IMG/VR virus record: IMGVR_UViG_3300021437_000049
Coordinates: 1-39,099 of that record
Reading direction: 5' to 3' (one strand)
Length of the DNA stretch: 39,099 nt
Origin: a virus
Taxonomy: Duplodnaviria > Caudoviricetes
In this document: positions 1-9,106 of the stretch, in pieces
How positions within the stretch are numbered: the first letter of the stretch is position 1
Layout: every line of letters starts with the position of its first letter
Notes under the pieces: model-generated
Seen by the model: the letters and a program-made list of their open reading frames with translations, nothing else
Databases searched by the model: none
Told to the model about the DNA's origin: nothing
Program-made: the position numbers and the translations under genes

Positions 1-727
1 TGCTGGGGCTTTCTGATGTCCAGATATACCCCTGGAAACGTCCCCACTGATGCCGCTTCAATAGCGGTTTTTTTACGCCTTGAGTTAGACAAACTGGCTC
101 AAGCATTGGATACAGCAGACCCGTTTATCACTTTGGACACGCTGTACGCAGCACCCAAGAAATACCGCGAAGGCACTATCGCAAAAGCAGATGGCGCAAC
201 GTGGAATCCCGGTAGCGGGGCTGGCGTTTACTGCTATCGCTCAGGCGCGTGGCACTTTTTAGGCTAAAGGAGAAATCATGCCAACTAATGCAGAAATACA
301 GGAATTTTATCGAAACAATGCTAACAACCCTGCTGCTATACAGCAGGCCATGCAACAGTATGGAGTGAACGCAGATCAAGCAGCACAAGCGACAGGACAA
401 AGCGCCAGCACGTTTAATAACCTTGGATTAACACCAGCAAACGGGTTTTATGGGGGAAATGGTGTTTTGTACTCAAACTCCCTGCCAAATGGTGCGACAA
501 GTTTTGTTGCATCCAATGGGCAAACGCTTACACAGGATCAAGTAAATCAGTGGTACGCACAAAATGGCAATCGTGCTGGTGCTGATATTGCAATGATGGA
601 TCAAATGGGGCTGAAGGGGGGTGACTTGTACAAAGCAAGGCAGCTCGCTGGGCGTGGCGGCACTGAGGGGATGATCTATACAGACCCCGCTGAGTATTCT
701 GGTTACCAGCAATACCGTGGACAAGTC
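1..727 (+). repeat. Terminal redundancy, copy 1 (pairs with 38379-39099)
   Basis: 1-110 identical to 38379-38488; remainder collinear but diverged, with a net 6-nt intergenic length difference. Confidence 0.97.
16..267 (+). CDS. Small virion/tail protein following the tail hub gene (allele 1)
   Basis: 83 aa; TGATG coupling to the upstream stop; conserved in the second copy with only 4 aa changes. Confidence 0.8.
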   Translation: MSRYTPGNVPTDAASIAVFLRLELDKLAQALDTADPFITLDTLYAAPKKYREGTIAKADGATWNPGSGAGVYCYRSGAWHFLG

Positions 728-1504
728 GGCATGAATTCCGGGCCTGGGATTATGTCATTTGATGAATGGCGGCTTAAGCAAGACCCAAGCTATCTGGCTG
801 GATTGCAAAAAAATGGTGCATCTGCAAATGGCGCAGTGCCTACCGGAGGCGGCGGGGGTACGGGCGGTGGTGCTGGCGGTGGCGGTGGCGGTGAGTATGG
901 CGGTGGTGGTGGCTCCAATCCATATTTGGGGCAAATGGCGGACAACATTACACGCCAGATGCAAGACAACTACACCCGCAATCAACTGCCTACTATGCGC
1001 TCAGGTGCAATGGCAGCGGGTGGATTCGGTGGCTCGCGTCAGGGTGTAGTTGAATCTAATTCGCTTTATGACCTGAATAACAACATCGGAAGCGCAGTGT
1101 CCAATCTTTATGGCACTGATTGGACAAACCAACAGAACCGAAATCTGCAACAACAGCAGATCAATAACCAATTCACATTGGGTCAAGGCAATCTAGGTTT
1201 GGGTTATGCAAACCTTGATGCAAACATCAACAACAGCAACAACAGCAATCAATTGAATTGGGCTAACTTTGGATTGAATGTCAATCAACAACAATTTGCA
1301 CAGACCCAGGCGGGTATCCAGAATGCCACAAACATTCAAGATACCCCAATGCGATATGTGAGTCAGTTTAGCAACATGAACAACGCCACAGGCGGGCAGG
1401 GTGGGACTTCCACCAGTACACAGGACATGCAGGGCAATCGGTACGTTGGTGCTGCTGGTGGTGCATTGATTGGTTCGCAGTTGTACAGAAACATTACTGG
1501 TTAA
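278..1504 (+). CDS. Putative DNA-ejection (internal virion) protein
   Basis: AAGGAG SD; G/Q/N-rich; GGFGGSRQGVVES motif typical of podovirus pilot proteins; position after tail genes. Confidence 0.75.
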   Translation: MPTNAEIQEFYRNNANNPAAIQQAMQQYGVNADQAAQATGQSASTFNNLGLTPANGFYGGNGVLYSNSLPNGATSFVASNGQTLTQDQVNQWYAQNGNRAGADIAMMDQMGLKGGDLYKARQLAGRGGTEGMIYTDPAEYSGYQQYRGQVGMNSGPGIMSFDEWRLKQDPSYLAGLQKNGASANGAVPTGGGGGTGGGAGGGGGGEYGGGGGSNPYLGQMADNITRQMQDNYTRNQLPTMRSGAMAAGGFGGSRQGVVESNSLYDLNNNIGSAVSNLYGTDWTNQQNRNLQQQQINNQFTLGQGNLGLGYANLDANINNSNNSNQLNWANFGLNVNQQQFAQTQAGIQNATNIQDTPMRYVSQFSNMNNATGGQGGTSTSTQDMQGNRYVGAAGGALIGSQLYRNITG

Positions 1505-1513
1505 GGAGCAATC

Positions 1514-2575
1514 ATGGATTTATCGACAATTATCCCAATTATTGGTGGCGTACTTGGGGCCGCTGGCTCCGGTGACAAAACACAATCGGCAACGCAAACA
1601 CGCACACCTTGGGCACCAGCGCAGCCATACATGATCCGTGATCTGGAGCGCAATAACGCATTGGCAGACAGATACGCTGCAAAGCCGTTTAGCGACTTGC
1701 AAAACGAAATGTACGGCAACCTGTTTAGCGACATTCGAAGCAATCGGCAAAACTTCTTCCCTTCTATGATGGACTTTGCCAACCGAGGGATGAATACAAG
1801 TTATTCCCGCAATGGTGGTAGTCATACTTCTCTAGGGTTGCCTTCGCAGGGTTCTGGTTCTGCTGGTGGTGGTTCTGCTGGTGGTGGTTCTGCTGGTGGT
1901 GGTCAACCATTCGACCTAAACGCGATGATGGATCCACAAACCGCTGAGACAGTGGCAGCAAAAGACCCGTACCCAATGCAAATGCAGCAAATGCCGGTAA
2001 TGCGCCACGGTGGGTATAACTCCGAAGTCGCAGGTAACGACTGGTCAACCAAGACACCAGCGCAACAGGCGGAGTTTTTCCAACAACGCCCGACATGGGG
2101 CGCAATTGATGGATTCTTGCAAGACGCTTCCAAGGCTTCGTTAGGTGGGTTGTTATCAAGCCTAGTGAATCCCGAAGCTGGCGCACAGCGACGGATGATT
2201 GCAAACGGCATTGATCCAACTGGCTCAGAATATGGGCCACCTGTTGGGGCTATGGGTGATCGATACGGCCCACCAGTATCGGCAATGGTGTCTCAAGACG
2301 GTGAATCTACGGGCACCGAAGGAACAACTCGGGCAATGTCAGGTGGTTTCGGAGATTCAGACGGCGGCAGCTCCAACTTCAAAGGTGGAGAAATTACCCA
2401 ATCAAAAGTAGTTGCACCACGCACTGATGGTGATCCTGATGATGCGTATATCAGCGCACAAAAAGGCGAATACGTGATCAAAAAAGCTACTGCTTCGAAA
2501 TTAGGCAAAGGGCTATTGGACGCAATCAACGATGGCAAGGTTTCTGCCAAGCAAATCCGTGGACTGTTGGCATAA
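1514..2575 (+). CDS. Putative DNA-ejection protein
   Basis: AAGGAG SD; hydrophobic Gly/Ala N-terminus; TQTRTPWAPAQPY motif; C-terminal GEYVIKK..LLDAIN motif. Confidence 0.75.
   Translation: MDLSTIIPIIGGVLGAAGSGDKTQSATQTRTPWAPAQPYMIRDLERNNALADRYAAKPFSDLQNEMYGNLFSDIRSNRQNFFPSMMDFANRGMNTSYSRNGGSHTSLGLPSQGSGSAGGGSAGGGSAGGGQPFDLNAMMDPQTAETVAAKDPYPMQMQQMPVMRHGGYNSEVAGNDWSTKTPAQQAEFFQQRPTWGAIDGFLQDASKASLGGLLSSLVNPEAGAQRRMIANGIDPTGSEYGPPVGAMGDRYGPPVSAMVSQDGESTGTEGTTRAMSGGFGDSDGGSSNFKGGEITQSKVVAPRTDGDPDDAYISAQKGEYVIKKATASKLGKGLLDAINDGKVSAKQIRGLLA
1856..1903 (+). repeat. In-frame tandem repeat (GGTTCTGCTGGTGGT)x3 encoding GSAGG
   Basis: Exact 15-nt units start at 1856, 1871 and 1886. Confidence 0.9.
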
Positions 2576-2584
2576 GGGGGCTAT

Positions 2585-4081
2585 ATGGGGTTACTCGACG
2601 TAATGAATGATGACGGTTTCAGGATGGGGCTGGGACTGCTGGCCGCTGCTGGGCCACGTGCTGACGGTGCTGGTTTCGGGCAACGCATGGCTGAAGGGAT
2701 TGGCTATGCGGATCAGTTTAAGCAGGCGCAAATGAAAGATAAGTTCATGAAAGCGCAAATGGACAACTATCAGTCGGAGATTGATCAGCGCAAGGCAGCT
2801 ATTGATAAGCAGAACGCTTTGATGGCATTCACGCAAAAGGTTCTTGGCGGTGGTGGGCTTACTCAGCCTGCACAACAAAACAGCGATGCAGGTGGCGCAA
2901 ATGGTTTTAACCGTAATGGCGGCGACCCGACTCCTATCGGTGGCGGTGGTATTGCTGGTGCAAGCCTGAATGACATTCTTGCACTCCATGCAATGGGTGG
3001 GCCCGACTTGCTCAAGGGCTATCAGTATGCAAAAGAAGGTATAGAGCGCAAAGCTGGTTCTTATTACGACAACCCTGTTACTGGTAAGCGCGAATACATT
3101 GCAGACCCGACAAAGGGATTTACTTCAAATGATGGCGTTGTAGGTGTCTCTCCTGGATTCTTGAATTCACAGGCTCAAATTCTTGGCGGTGCTACGCAAG
3201 CGCAGGAGGCTGGAAAGGCTGCATACGATCTAACGCAAGTGCCGCAATCTGACGGTACACAGCGCATGATGCCCCGCAATCAAGCTGTGCAGGCTTTGAA
3301 TGGATCACAGTCAAACGTACAAAGCCCAGCTTATAACGGTGGTGACAGAAACACAGCAAACGCTGAATCTATACGGATGATGCAGTCTGAAATTGAAAAG
3401 TTGCCACAGGGCCACCCTGACATACCTAGTATTCAGCGTGAAATTCAACGCTTGCAAGGTTCTGGCAAATCTCCAGTGTTTGGCGTATCACAAAGCGATG
3501 CAGATAAAGCCCGTGCTGTAGATACTGCTAAGGCTGACGTTGTACGCGATTCAACAAACCAAGCTGACTCCAAGAAGTATGGACAAATGCTGGCTGGAAT
3601 TGATAGGGCCACGACACTGCTGAAAAGTGGGCCTACCGCAAGTGGTTTCGGTGAATTGGTAGATAAAACAGCCAACTTCTTTGGCAAATCTACCCAAGGC
3701 GCAGATACTGCATCACAGCTAGAAACGCTATCAGGATGGTTAACTTCTAACGTACCACGTATGGAAGGGCCACAGTCAGACAAAGACGTAATGAACTATC
3801 GTGTTCAGGCGGGACGTGTGGGGGATAAATCCATCCCTGTTTCTCAGCGCTTGGCTGCGGCTGGGGAGGTTAAGTCATTGATGGAAAAGTACGCATCCAT
3901 GAATGGTTACAAGAGCACTAGCGGCTCTACTGGAGAGTGGGGCGACAAATCCACTGATAAGCCTGCTGATAAAACTGTATCGCTTAATGACATTGTTGTA
4001 ACTGCAAAGTCTAGCGGTAGAACTACAGCACAAGTCACAGCAGCACTGAAGGCAAAGGGTTACACGATTGGAGGCCAATAA
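2585..4081 (+). CDS. Putative DNA-ejection protein
   Basis: 498 aa; MGLLD..GLGLLAAAGP N-terminus; position in the ejection cluster. Confidence 0.72.
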   Translation: MGLLDVMNDDGFRMGLGLLAAAGPRADGAGFGQRMAEGIGYADQFKQAQMKDKFMKAQMDNYQSEIDQRKAAIDKQNALMAFTQKVLGGGGLTQPAQQNSDAGGANGFNRNGGDPTPIGGGGIAGASLNDILALHAMGGPDLLKGYQYAKEGIERKAGSYYDNPVTGKREYIADPTKGFTSNDGVVGVSPGFLNSQAQILGGATQAQEAGKAAYDLTQVPQSDGTQRMMPRNQAVQALNGSQSNVQSPAYNGGDRNTANAESIRMMQSEIEKLPQGHPDIPSIQREIQRLQGSGKSPVFGVSQSDADKARAVDTAKADVVRDSTNQADSKKYGQMLAGIDRATTLLKSGPTASGFGELVDKTANFFGKSTQGADTASQLETLSGWLTSNVPRMEGPQSDKDVMNYRVQAGRVGDKSIPVSQRLAAAGEVKSLMEKYASMNGYKSTSGSTGEWGDKSTDKPADKTVSLNDIVVTAKSSGRTTAQVTAALKAKGYTIGGQ

Positions 4082-5739
4082 TGGCAGGACGCGATTTATC
4101 CGCCGAACTGTTTGGCGATGTATCCCCTGGTGGGCGTGACTTATCTAGCGAACTGTTTGGCGATGCAAAGCCCGTAACCACTTCGGATAAGTTTGTCAAA
4201 GGCTTGCGTGATCCAATCGATGGAAGCGCACAGTTTCTAACCAGCATCCTGCCTGACAGCGTTGTAAAGGCTGGTAACAGTTTAAATAATTGGATTGCTG
4301 ATAAAACTGGGCTGGTTGGCAAACTACCGGAGGGTGGCGTAGATCAACAGGTGCGCGAACAAGAGGCGCAGTATCAGGCTAAACGTGCATCCGCTGGTGA
4401 ATCTGGCTTTGATGGTATGCGTGTTTTTGGAAACATTGTTAACCCTGCAAACCTTGCGTTGGCTGCAAAGGCTCCACAAGCGGCTACATTGTTGGGCCGT
4501 ATGGCACTTGGCGCGGGTGGTGGTGGTGTTTCGGCATTAATGAATCCTGTTACTGAAGGCGATGACTACACATCCGAAAAACTGAAACAAGTGGCCGCTG
4601 GCATGGCGGGGGGGGCGGCAGTCCCTGCTGTAACTGGGGCGCTTGCAAGGGTTATCAGTCCTAATGCTTCTACCAATGCAAACCTTGCTTTGTTGAAAAG
4701 CGAAGGCGTTAAACCAACTATCGGGCAATCGCTCGGTGGGTGGGCTAACAGGTTAGAAGAAAAGCTACAAAGTGCGCCTATCGTTGGCGATGCAATCACA
4801 GCAGCAAGAAACCGCGCAAGCGATGATTTGAACCGTGCCGCCATCAATCGCTCGCTTGCAACCATTGGCAAAGAACTACCAGAAGGCGTTACAGGCAACG
4901 AAGCAGTATTGTTTGCGCGTAAATCATTGGGTGATGCCTACGATAGCATCCTGCCAAAAATGACGGTTTCCGCTGATGGGCAATTCATTAACTCCACAAA
5001 TTCATTGCGGGGAATGGTGAATCAAGGCTCATTGAGCAACGGCACACGAAAGCAATTTAGCAATTTCATGTCAAACGAAGTGGAGCCCTTGTTTCAAGGC
5101 AATGCTTCAATGACAGGGGAAACGCTGAAACGACTGCAAAGCAAGATTACCGAACAAATCAAGCGCACTCAGGCATCCACCAACGCAGACGAACGATTGC
5201 TATCTGATGCCTATCGTGAACTAGGTAGTCAACTGGGTGACTTGTCGGTAAGGACAAACCCAACATTGGCCCCAGTGCTAAAGGATATAAATTCTGGTTG
5301 GGCAAACTTCAAGCGCGTACAACGTGCAGCGTCATCGGTTGCTGCTGAAGATGGTGTATTTACCCCTGCACAACTTCACAACGCTGTGAAAGCAATGGAT
5401 AGATCAAAGGATAAGGCGCGGTTCTCAGAAGGCAATTCCTTGATGCAGGATTTAAGTTCGGCAGGAAAAACGCTTCTATCCAACAAAGTACCCAATAGTG
5501 GAACTGCTGAACGGTTGCTATTGAATGGAGGTGCGCTTTCTTCTGGGATGATTAATCCAGCAATCCCTATTGGCTTGACGTTAGGGGCTGGAATGTACAC
5601 ATCACCAATGCAAAGGCTACTTACTGGCGCGGTATCTAGTCGCCCAGAACTTGCCCAACCTGTATCCAATATGCTGCGCCAAACTGCACCCGCGCTTATC
5701 CCTAGCGGCGGCCAGATAGGACTTGGCCTTTTGAATTAA
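4081..5739 (+). CDS. Putative large DNA-ejection protein
   Basis: 552 aa, Ala/Gly-rich; duplicated GRDLSxELFGD at the N-terminus; TAATG coupling. Confidence 0.72.
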   Translation: MAGRDLSAELFGDVSPGGRDLSSELFGDAKPVTTSDKFVKGLRDPIDGSAQFLTSILPDSVVKAGNSLNNWIADKTGLVGKLPEGGVDQQVREQEAQYQAKRASAGESGFDGMRVFGNIVNPANLALAAKAPQAATLLGRMALGAGGGGVSALMNPVTEGDDYTSEKLKQVAAGMAGGAAVPAVTGALARVISPNASTNANLALLKSEGVKPTIGQSLGGWANRLEEKLQSAPIVGDAITAARNRASDDLNRAAINRSLATIGKELPEGVTGNEAVLFARKSLGDAYDSILPKMTVSADGQFINSTNSLRGMVNQGSLSNGTRKQFSNFMSNEVEPLFQGNASMTGETLKRLQSKITEQIKRTQASTNADERLLSDAYRELGSQLGDLSVRTNPTLAPVLKDINSGWANFKRVQRAASSVAAEDGVFTPAQLHNAVKAMDRSKDKARFSEGNSLMQDLSSAGKTLLSNKVPNSGTAERLLLNGGALSSGMINPAIPIGLTLGAGMYTSPMQRLLTGAVSSRPELAQPVSNMLRQTAPALIPSGGQIGLGLLN

Positions 5740-5802
5740 GTAGCTAAGTATCGGTACGGATGCGCCAGTGATGGCAATCCGCATTGCTTGATCGTCAGTC
5801 AT
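5617..5802 (-). CDS. Small antisense basic/hydrophobic protein
   Basis: 61 aa; G-rich run directly before the ATG; overlaps the 3' end of the last ejection gene. Confidence 0.4.
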   Translation of the reverse strand: MTDDQAMRIAITGASVPILSYLIQKAKSYLAAARDKRGCSLAQHIGYRLGKFWATRYRASK

Positions 5803-5838
5803 CCCCCCACTATAGGCCCCTTGAGGGCCTTTTTCAAT

Positions 5839-6267
5839 ATGTATTTAAGTACCCACTTCACACTGGAAGAATTTACCGCCAGCCAAACCGCTGCGCGTGA
5901 TGGAATCAATAACGATCTGCCAGACGTTTTGCTGCCATCGGCAAAACGTACCTGCTACGGGCTGGAAAAGGTGCGTACCTTGCTGCGCTCCCACCCAATC
6001 CTGATTTCCAGCGGATACCGCAGCGCAGCATTAAACGCGGCTGTCAAAGGATCACAAGGCTCCCAGCACTTACTGGCTGAAGCTGCTGACTTCACGGCTC
6101 CCACCTTTGGGACACCTGAAACGATTGTTAAAACGATTCTAGCTAGTGACATTGATTTCGATCAGTGCATTTTGGAGTTTGGCCGCTGGGTGCATATCAG
6201 CTTCCACGATAACCCACGCAAGCAATCTCTTGTTATTGACCAATCTGGAACGAGGGCTTTCACATGA
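5839..6267 (+). CDS. Endolysin, peptidase M15A family
   Basis: LSTHFTLEEF start; ISSGYRS..LN..V.G...SQH...AADF and WVHIS zinc-peptidase motifs. Confidence 0.9.
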   Translation: MYLSTHFTLEEFTASQTAARDGINNDLPDVLLPSAKRTCYGLEKVRTLLRSHPILISSGYRSAALNAAVKGSQGSQHLLAEAADFTAPTFGTPETIVKTILASDIDFDQCILEFGRWVHISFHDNPRKQSLVIDQSGTRAFT

Positions 6268-6578
6268 TTATTTCTGACATTCCATCCCTGCTAAAACAGG
6301 GAAAAGCACTTACAAACGCTTCAACCTGGGCGAATAGCGCAACCCTATCCGGCACTTTGGCCGGGTTCTTGGTAGCTGGTTTCCACATTGGTAAAGCCCT
6401 TGGCTACGACTTTGGAGTATCAGATGACACGCTCAATCAACTGGCTGGCGGTGTTGGTGCCGTGGTGCTTGTGGTTACTAACGTCATGCACACCCTTGCA
6501 AATCCCAGCGCCGGACTGCCTGCCAATGATCAAGTTGGACAGGCCGGAACTTCTACCGGATCAGGAAACGGCGCGTGA
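6264..6578 (+). CDS. Putative holin (two transmembrane segments)
   Basis: ATGA overlap with the endolysin; two hydrophobic stretches. Confidence 0.6.
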   Translation: MIISDIPSLLKQGKALTNASTWANSATLSGTLAGFLVAGFHIGKALGYDFGVSDDTLNQLAGGVGAVVLVVTNVMHTLANPSAGLPANDQVGQAGTSTGSGNGA

Positions 6579-6651
6579 CGCTCAAGACCTGACCGAACTC
6601 GAAAACGGGAAGTTGCCGCCCGTAATCCTCGGCATCAACTGTACTTACTGA
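6424..6651 (+). CDS. Lipoprotein, o-spanin-like, overlapping the holin gene
   Basis: GGAG SD; signal MTRSINWLAVLVPWCLWLLTS-C with a lipobox; Pro-rich mature part. Confidence 0.6.
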   Translation: MTRSINWLAVLVPWCLWLLTSCTPLQIPAPDCLPMIKLDRPELLPDQETARDAQDLTELENGKLPPVILGINCTY

Positions 6652-6660
6652 AAGACCATC

Positions 6661-6930
6661 ATGACTCAACTTATCGCCATCATCACCCTGATCAATCAGC
6701 TTTTCCCGCTGATTTTGCAGACCATCAAGACCGTGGAGGCTGCATTCCCGCAGACCGGCCAAGGTGCCGCAAAGATGGCAATCGTGCAGGGTGTTATCCA
6801 AAACGCCATGAATGCTTCAAACGAGCTGCAAGTTACCGTAACCCAGATCGCGCCGGTAGTAACGCCTATCGTTAATGGGGTGGTCGCAATGCTAAATTCG
6901 ACGGGGCAATTTACCAGTTCAAAGGCCTAG
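6661..6930 (+). CDS. Lysis-cassette membrane protein (LL-H-holin-like)
   Basis: Hydrophobic N-terminus; VEAAFPQTGQGAAK motif. Confidence 0.5.
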   Translation: MTQLIAIITLINQLFPLILQTIKTVEAAFPQTGQGAAKMAIVQGVIQNAMNASNELQVTVTQIAPVVTPIVNGVVAMLNSTGQFTSSKA

Positions 6931-6946
6931 GGATAATTTCAGGCGT

Positions 6947-6974
6947 AAAAAAAGCCATCTGAAAATGGCCTTTT
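6947..6974. terminator. Bidirectional intrinsic terminator ending the late operon
   Basis: A7-GCCAT-N6-ATGGC-C-T4. Confidence 0.6.
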
Positions 6975-7018
6975 GACCCGTTAGACTATGGGTATGGCAC
7001 CCATAGTTAAATTACTAA

Positions 7019-7194
7019 CTGTCTCGCAACTGTCCCGAAATCGGTCTGTAGCTATACAGTATGGTGCCCAGAAGATGCATCTAAAGGGTGCGCAATGATT
7101 CGCCAATAGTGCAGTTTTAGCTCTTGCGAGACACATATTTGCACGTTCCGCGAACGGTCTAGAATGGCAGAACTGTCCCGAATCTGTCCCAAAT
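7019..7194. other. attP: core TCTTCTGGGCACCA (minus strand, 7062-7075) with arm-type repeats
   Basis: Core looks like a tRNA 3' end (..CCA); 11-bp-spaced CTGTCYCR repeats at 7019, 7030, 7173 and 7184, directly upstream of int. Confidence 0.75.
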
Positions 7195-7981
7195 GCCAAC
7201 AATCATCAAGCGCGACGGTGGCTATCAATGTCGTGTCCGACTGATAGGCTATCCCACTCAATCTGAAACCTTCGACACGAAAGCGAAGGCATCGGCATGG
7301 GGCCACATGATAGAGGCAAAGCTTCGTGACCAGTCGCGCGGTGTTGTCAGGGCAACGTTTCAGGATGCGATTGATAAGTACATCACTGATGTATGCCCTG
7401 TCCACAAATCTGGAACAAATATTACCAAGCGGCTCAAGGCTTTGGCAAAAACACCAGACCTTTTGCCAGTGTTGCGTCAGATTCAAGAAGTCACTGCGGC
7501 TGATTTTGCACGGTTCCGTGACAAGCGGCTGGCGGCCGTATCGGTGGCTACGGTGCGAAAGGAAATGGCAATCCTACGCTCGGTGCTGGAGTCTGCCCGT
7601 AGGGATTGGGGAATGATTCAGGTCAATCCAATTGTGGATGTGAAAAAACCACCGGCACCGCCAGATCGAAAGCGACTCATGCTTGATTCCGAGCGTGACC
7701 TGATACTGAATGCGCTGGCCTACACCGACAAAGTGGAGACACTACAGCATCAAGTTGCTGTAGCGATGCTGCTGGCGTTGGAAACTGCAATGCGCGCTGG
7801 GGAAATGCTGGGCCTAAATACGTGCACACCTCCACTGCTAAGAGCGCGTTTCGATCACCGGGATACCAGCTCTCTCCATCCCAAAAGCAGTACAAAACTC
7901 TGGATTCGCCTTTGTTGTATTTGCGCAGGTAGGGGCCGATGTGGACAGGCTTTGTGGATCCCGGGAACCAAGGTGTTTTAG
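7193..7981 (+). pseudogene. int: Tyrosine integrase, C-terminally truncated (homology ends near 7816)
   Basis: N-terminal and core-binding domains plus box I LALETAMRAGEML; no HxxR or catalytic Tyr; the tail is antisense of another gene. Confidence 0.8.
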
Positions 7982-7985
7982 TCAT
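7677..7985 (-). pseudogene. Phage hypothetical protein, probably truncated near 7818 and running into int antisense
   Basis: MTKTPWFPGSTKPVHIGPY..WDGESW is a common phage motif; ATGA-coupled to the upstream gene. Confidence 0.55.
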
Positions 7986-8248
7986 TGCTGCACCCTCTCT
8001 AGCAACTCACGAAGAATGTCTTCAGTGGTGCGTTCAACATGCCCTGGCTTAGCCTTAGTCTCTGCCTGCACATGCACGCCAAGGGACTCCAGACATGGGC
8101 GGCAAACCTGAATGCTGCGTTTGTGTTCTTGCGCACTATCGCTGCAACCAAAACCGTTGTGAGAAGCCCAGATTCCGATACTCCAGAATTGATCTCTTGT
8201 GTCTTGCTCTGCTGAGCAACGGTCGCAAATATATGTTGTCTTGATCAT
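7982..8248 (-). CDS. Hypothetical Zn-binding protein
   Basis: CDRC...CRPC; ATGA coupling. Confidence 0.75.
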   Translation of the reverse strand: MIKTTYICDRCSAEQDTRDQFWSIGIWASHNGFGCSDSAQEHKRSIQVCRPCLESLGVHVQAETKAKPGHVERTTEDILRELLERVQQ

Positions 8249-8730
8249 TTCGTTTCCTTAGTCAGTGGTACTGCGCTCTGTGGTGCTGCGTAGAGTGGCG
8301 TTACCTCATGCTCTCGGTTGGTCATGGCATCCACTAAATCGTCAAGGTCATGCACCAGTTCTATGCAGGGTTGATCTGGGAAATAAACCGCATAGGCATA
8401 AGGCTCACTCACAGGCTCTGCGCGTAGTGCTGCTCTGGCCACAATCAGCGGTCCATCAGCACCTTCGGGTGTTGGGAACCATCCAATGGTCAGCTCTGCT
8501 ATTTCCACCATCTGCTTTAGCGCATACAAAAGCTCTGGCGCTGCGGCTATCAGGTGGGCGTTGGCTTCACTCGGTTCCTGCGTTACCGGATCAATCACAT
8601 CAGCACAGATTGCCGTGTCATCCTGAGTTTTTGGAGCGTAGACATAAATCTCTGTAATCTTGAATGGTCCACCGCGAATTGCACTACCAGCGGTGTTTAT
8701 TAACCACGGCCCCGGAGTGTGCTTACTCAT
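8245..8730 (-). CDS. Phage early hypothetical protein (possibly a chimera)
   Basis: GGAGG SD; MSKHTPGPW..ANAHLIAAAPELL motif followed by a ..PLYAAP module. Confidence 0.75.
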   Translation of the reverse strand: MSKHTPGPWLINTAGSAIRGGPFKITEIYVYAPKTQDDTAICADVIDPVTQEPSEANAHLIAAAPELLYALKQMVEIAELTIGWFPTPEGADGPLIVARAALRAEPVSEPYAYAVYFPDQPCIELVHDLDDLVDAMTNREHEVTPLYAAPQSAVPLTKETK

Positions 8731-9106
8731 GGTCACCTCCCAAGCAATACTCAACACCCATCATTTCAGCAACAGCATTCCAATGAACGTAGGGCCGTCC
8801 AGTCTTCGGTCGCATCAATGGAATTCCAAGCGCAGCATCATCAATGTAAACATGGGCGTATGGCTTTGGGCTGGCAGTCCACGTATGCTGATCCGGGTTT
8901 CCGTTGATCCCAAATAACGGAATGTTGTGTTCGTGAAACCAGTCACAAGCATCCTGCAACGCATCTCCACTGCGCATGGTGAACAGGATGATCTTATCGC
9001 CACGCTTGACAAACTCACGGATAACTTCTGCCGCGCCAATGTCTCGGCCTACTTCTGGGTATTCATGCGCAACGCAAGTTCCATCAAAGTCAATTGCAAT
9101 AATCAT
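8723..9106 (-). CDS. HAD-superfamily phosphatase-like protein
   Basis: IIAIDFDGT, FTMR and KPYAHVYIDD motifs; GGAGG SD. Confidence 0.85.
   Translation of the reverse strand: MIIAIDFDGTCVAHEYPEVGRDIGAAEVIREFVKRGDKIILFTMRSGDALQDACDWFHEHNIPLFGINGNPDQHTWTASPKPYAHVYIDDAALGIPLMRPKTGRPYVHWNAVAEMMGVEYCLGGDHE

Noticed and set aside
1-727. Diversity-generating retroelement TR/VR pair
   Set aside because: Differences are mostly synonymous and not adenine-specific; no reverse transcriptase in the window
7046-7059. LexA-like CTGTAGCTATACAG near attP
   Set aside because: Spacer is 8 nt, not 10
7062-7075. tRNA gene
   Set aside because: Only a 14-nt 3' end is present, with no cloverleaf; treated as the att core
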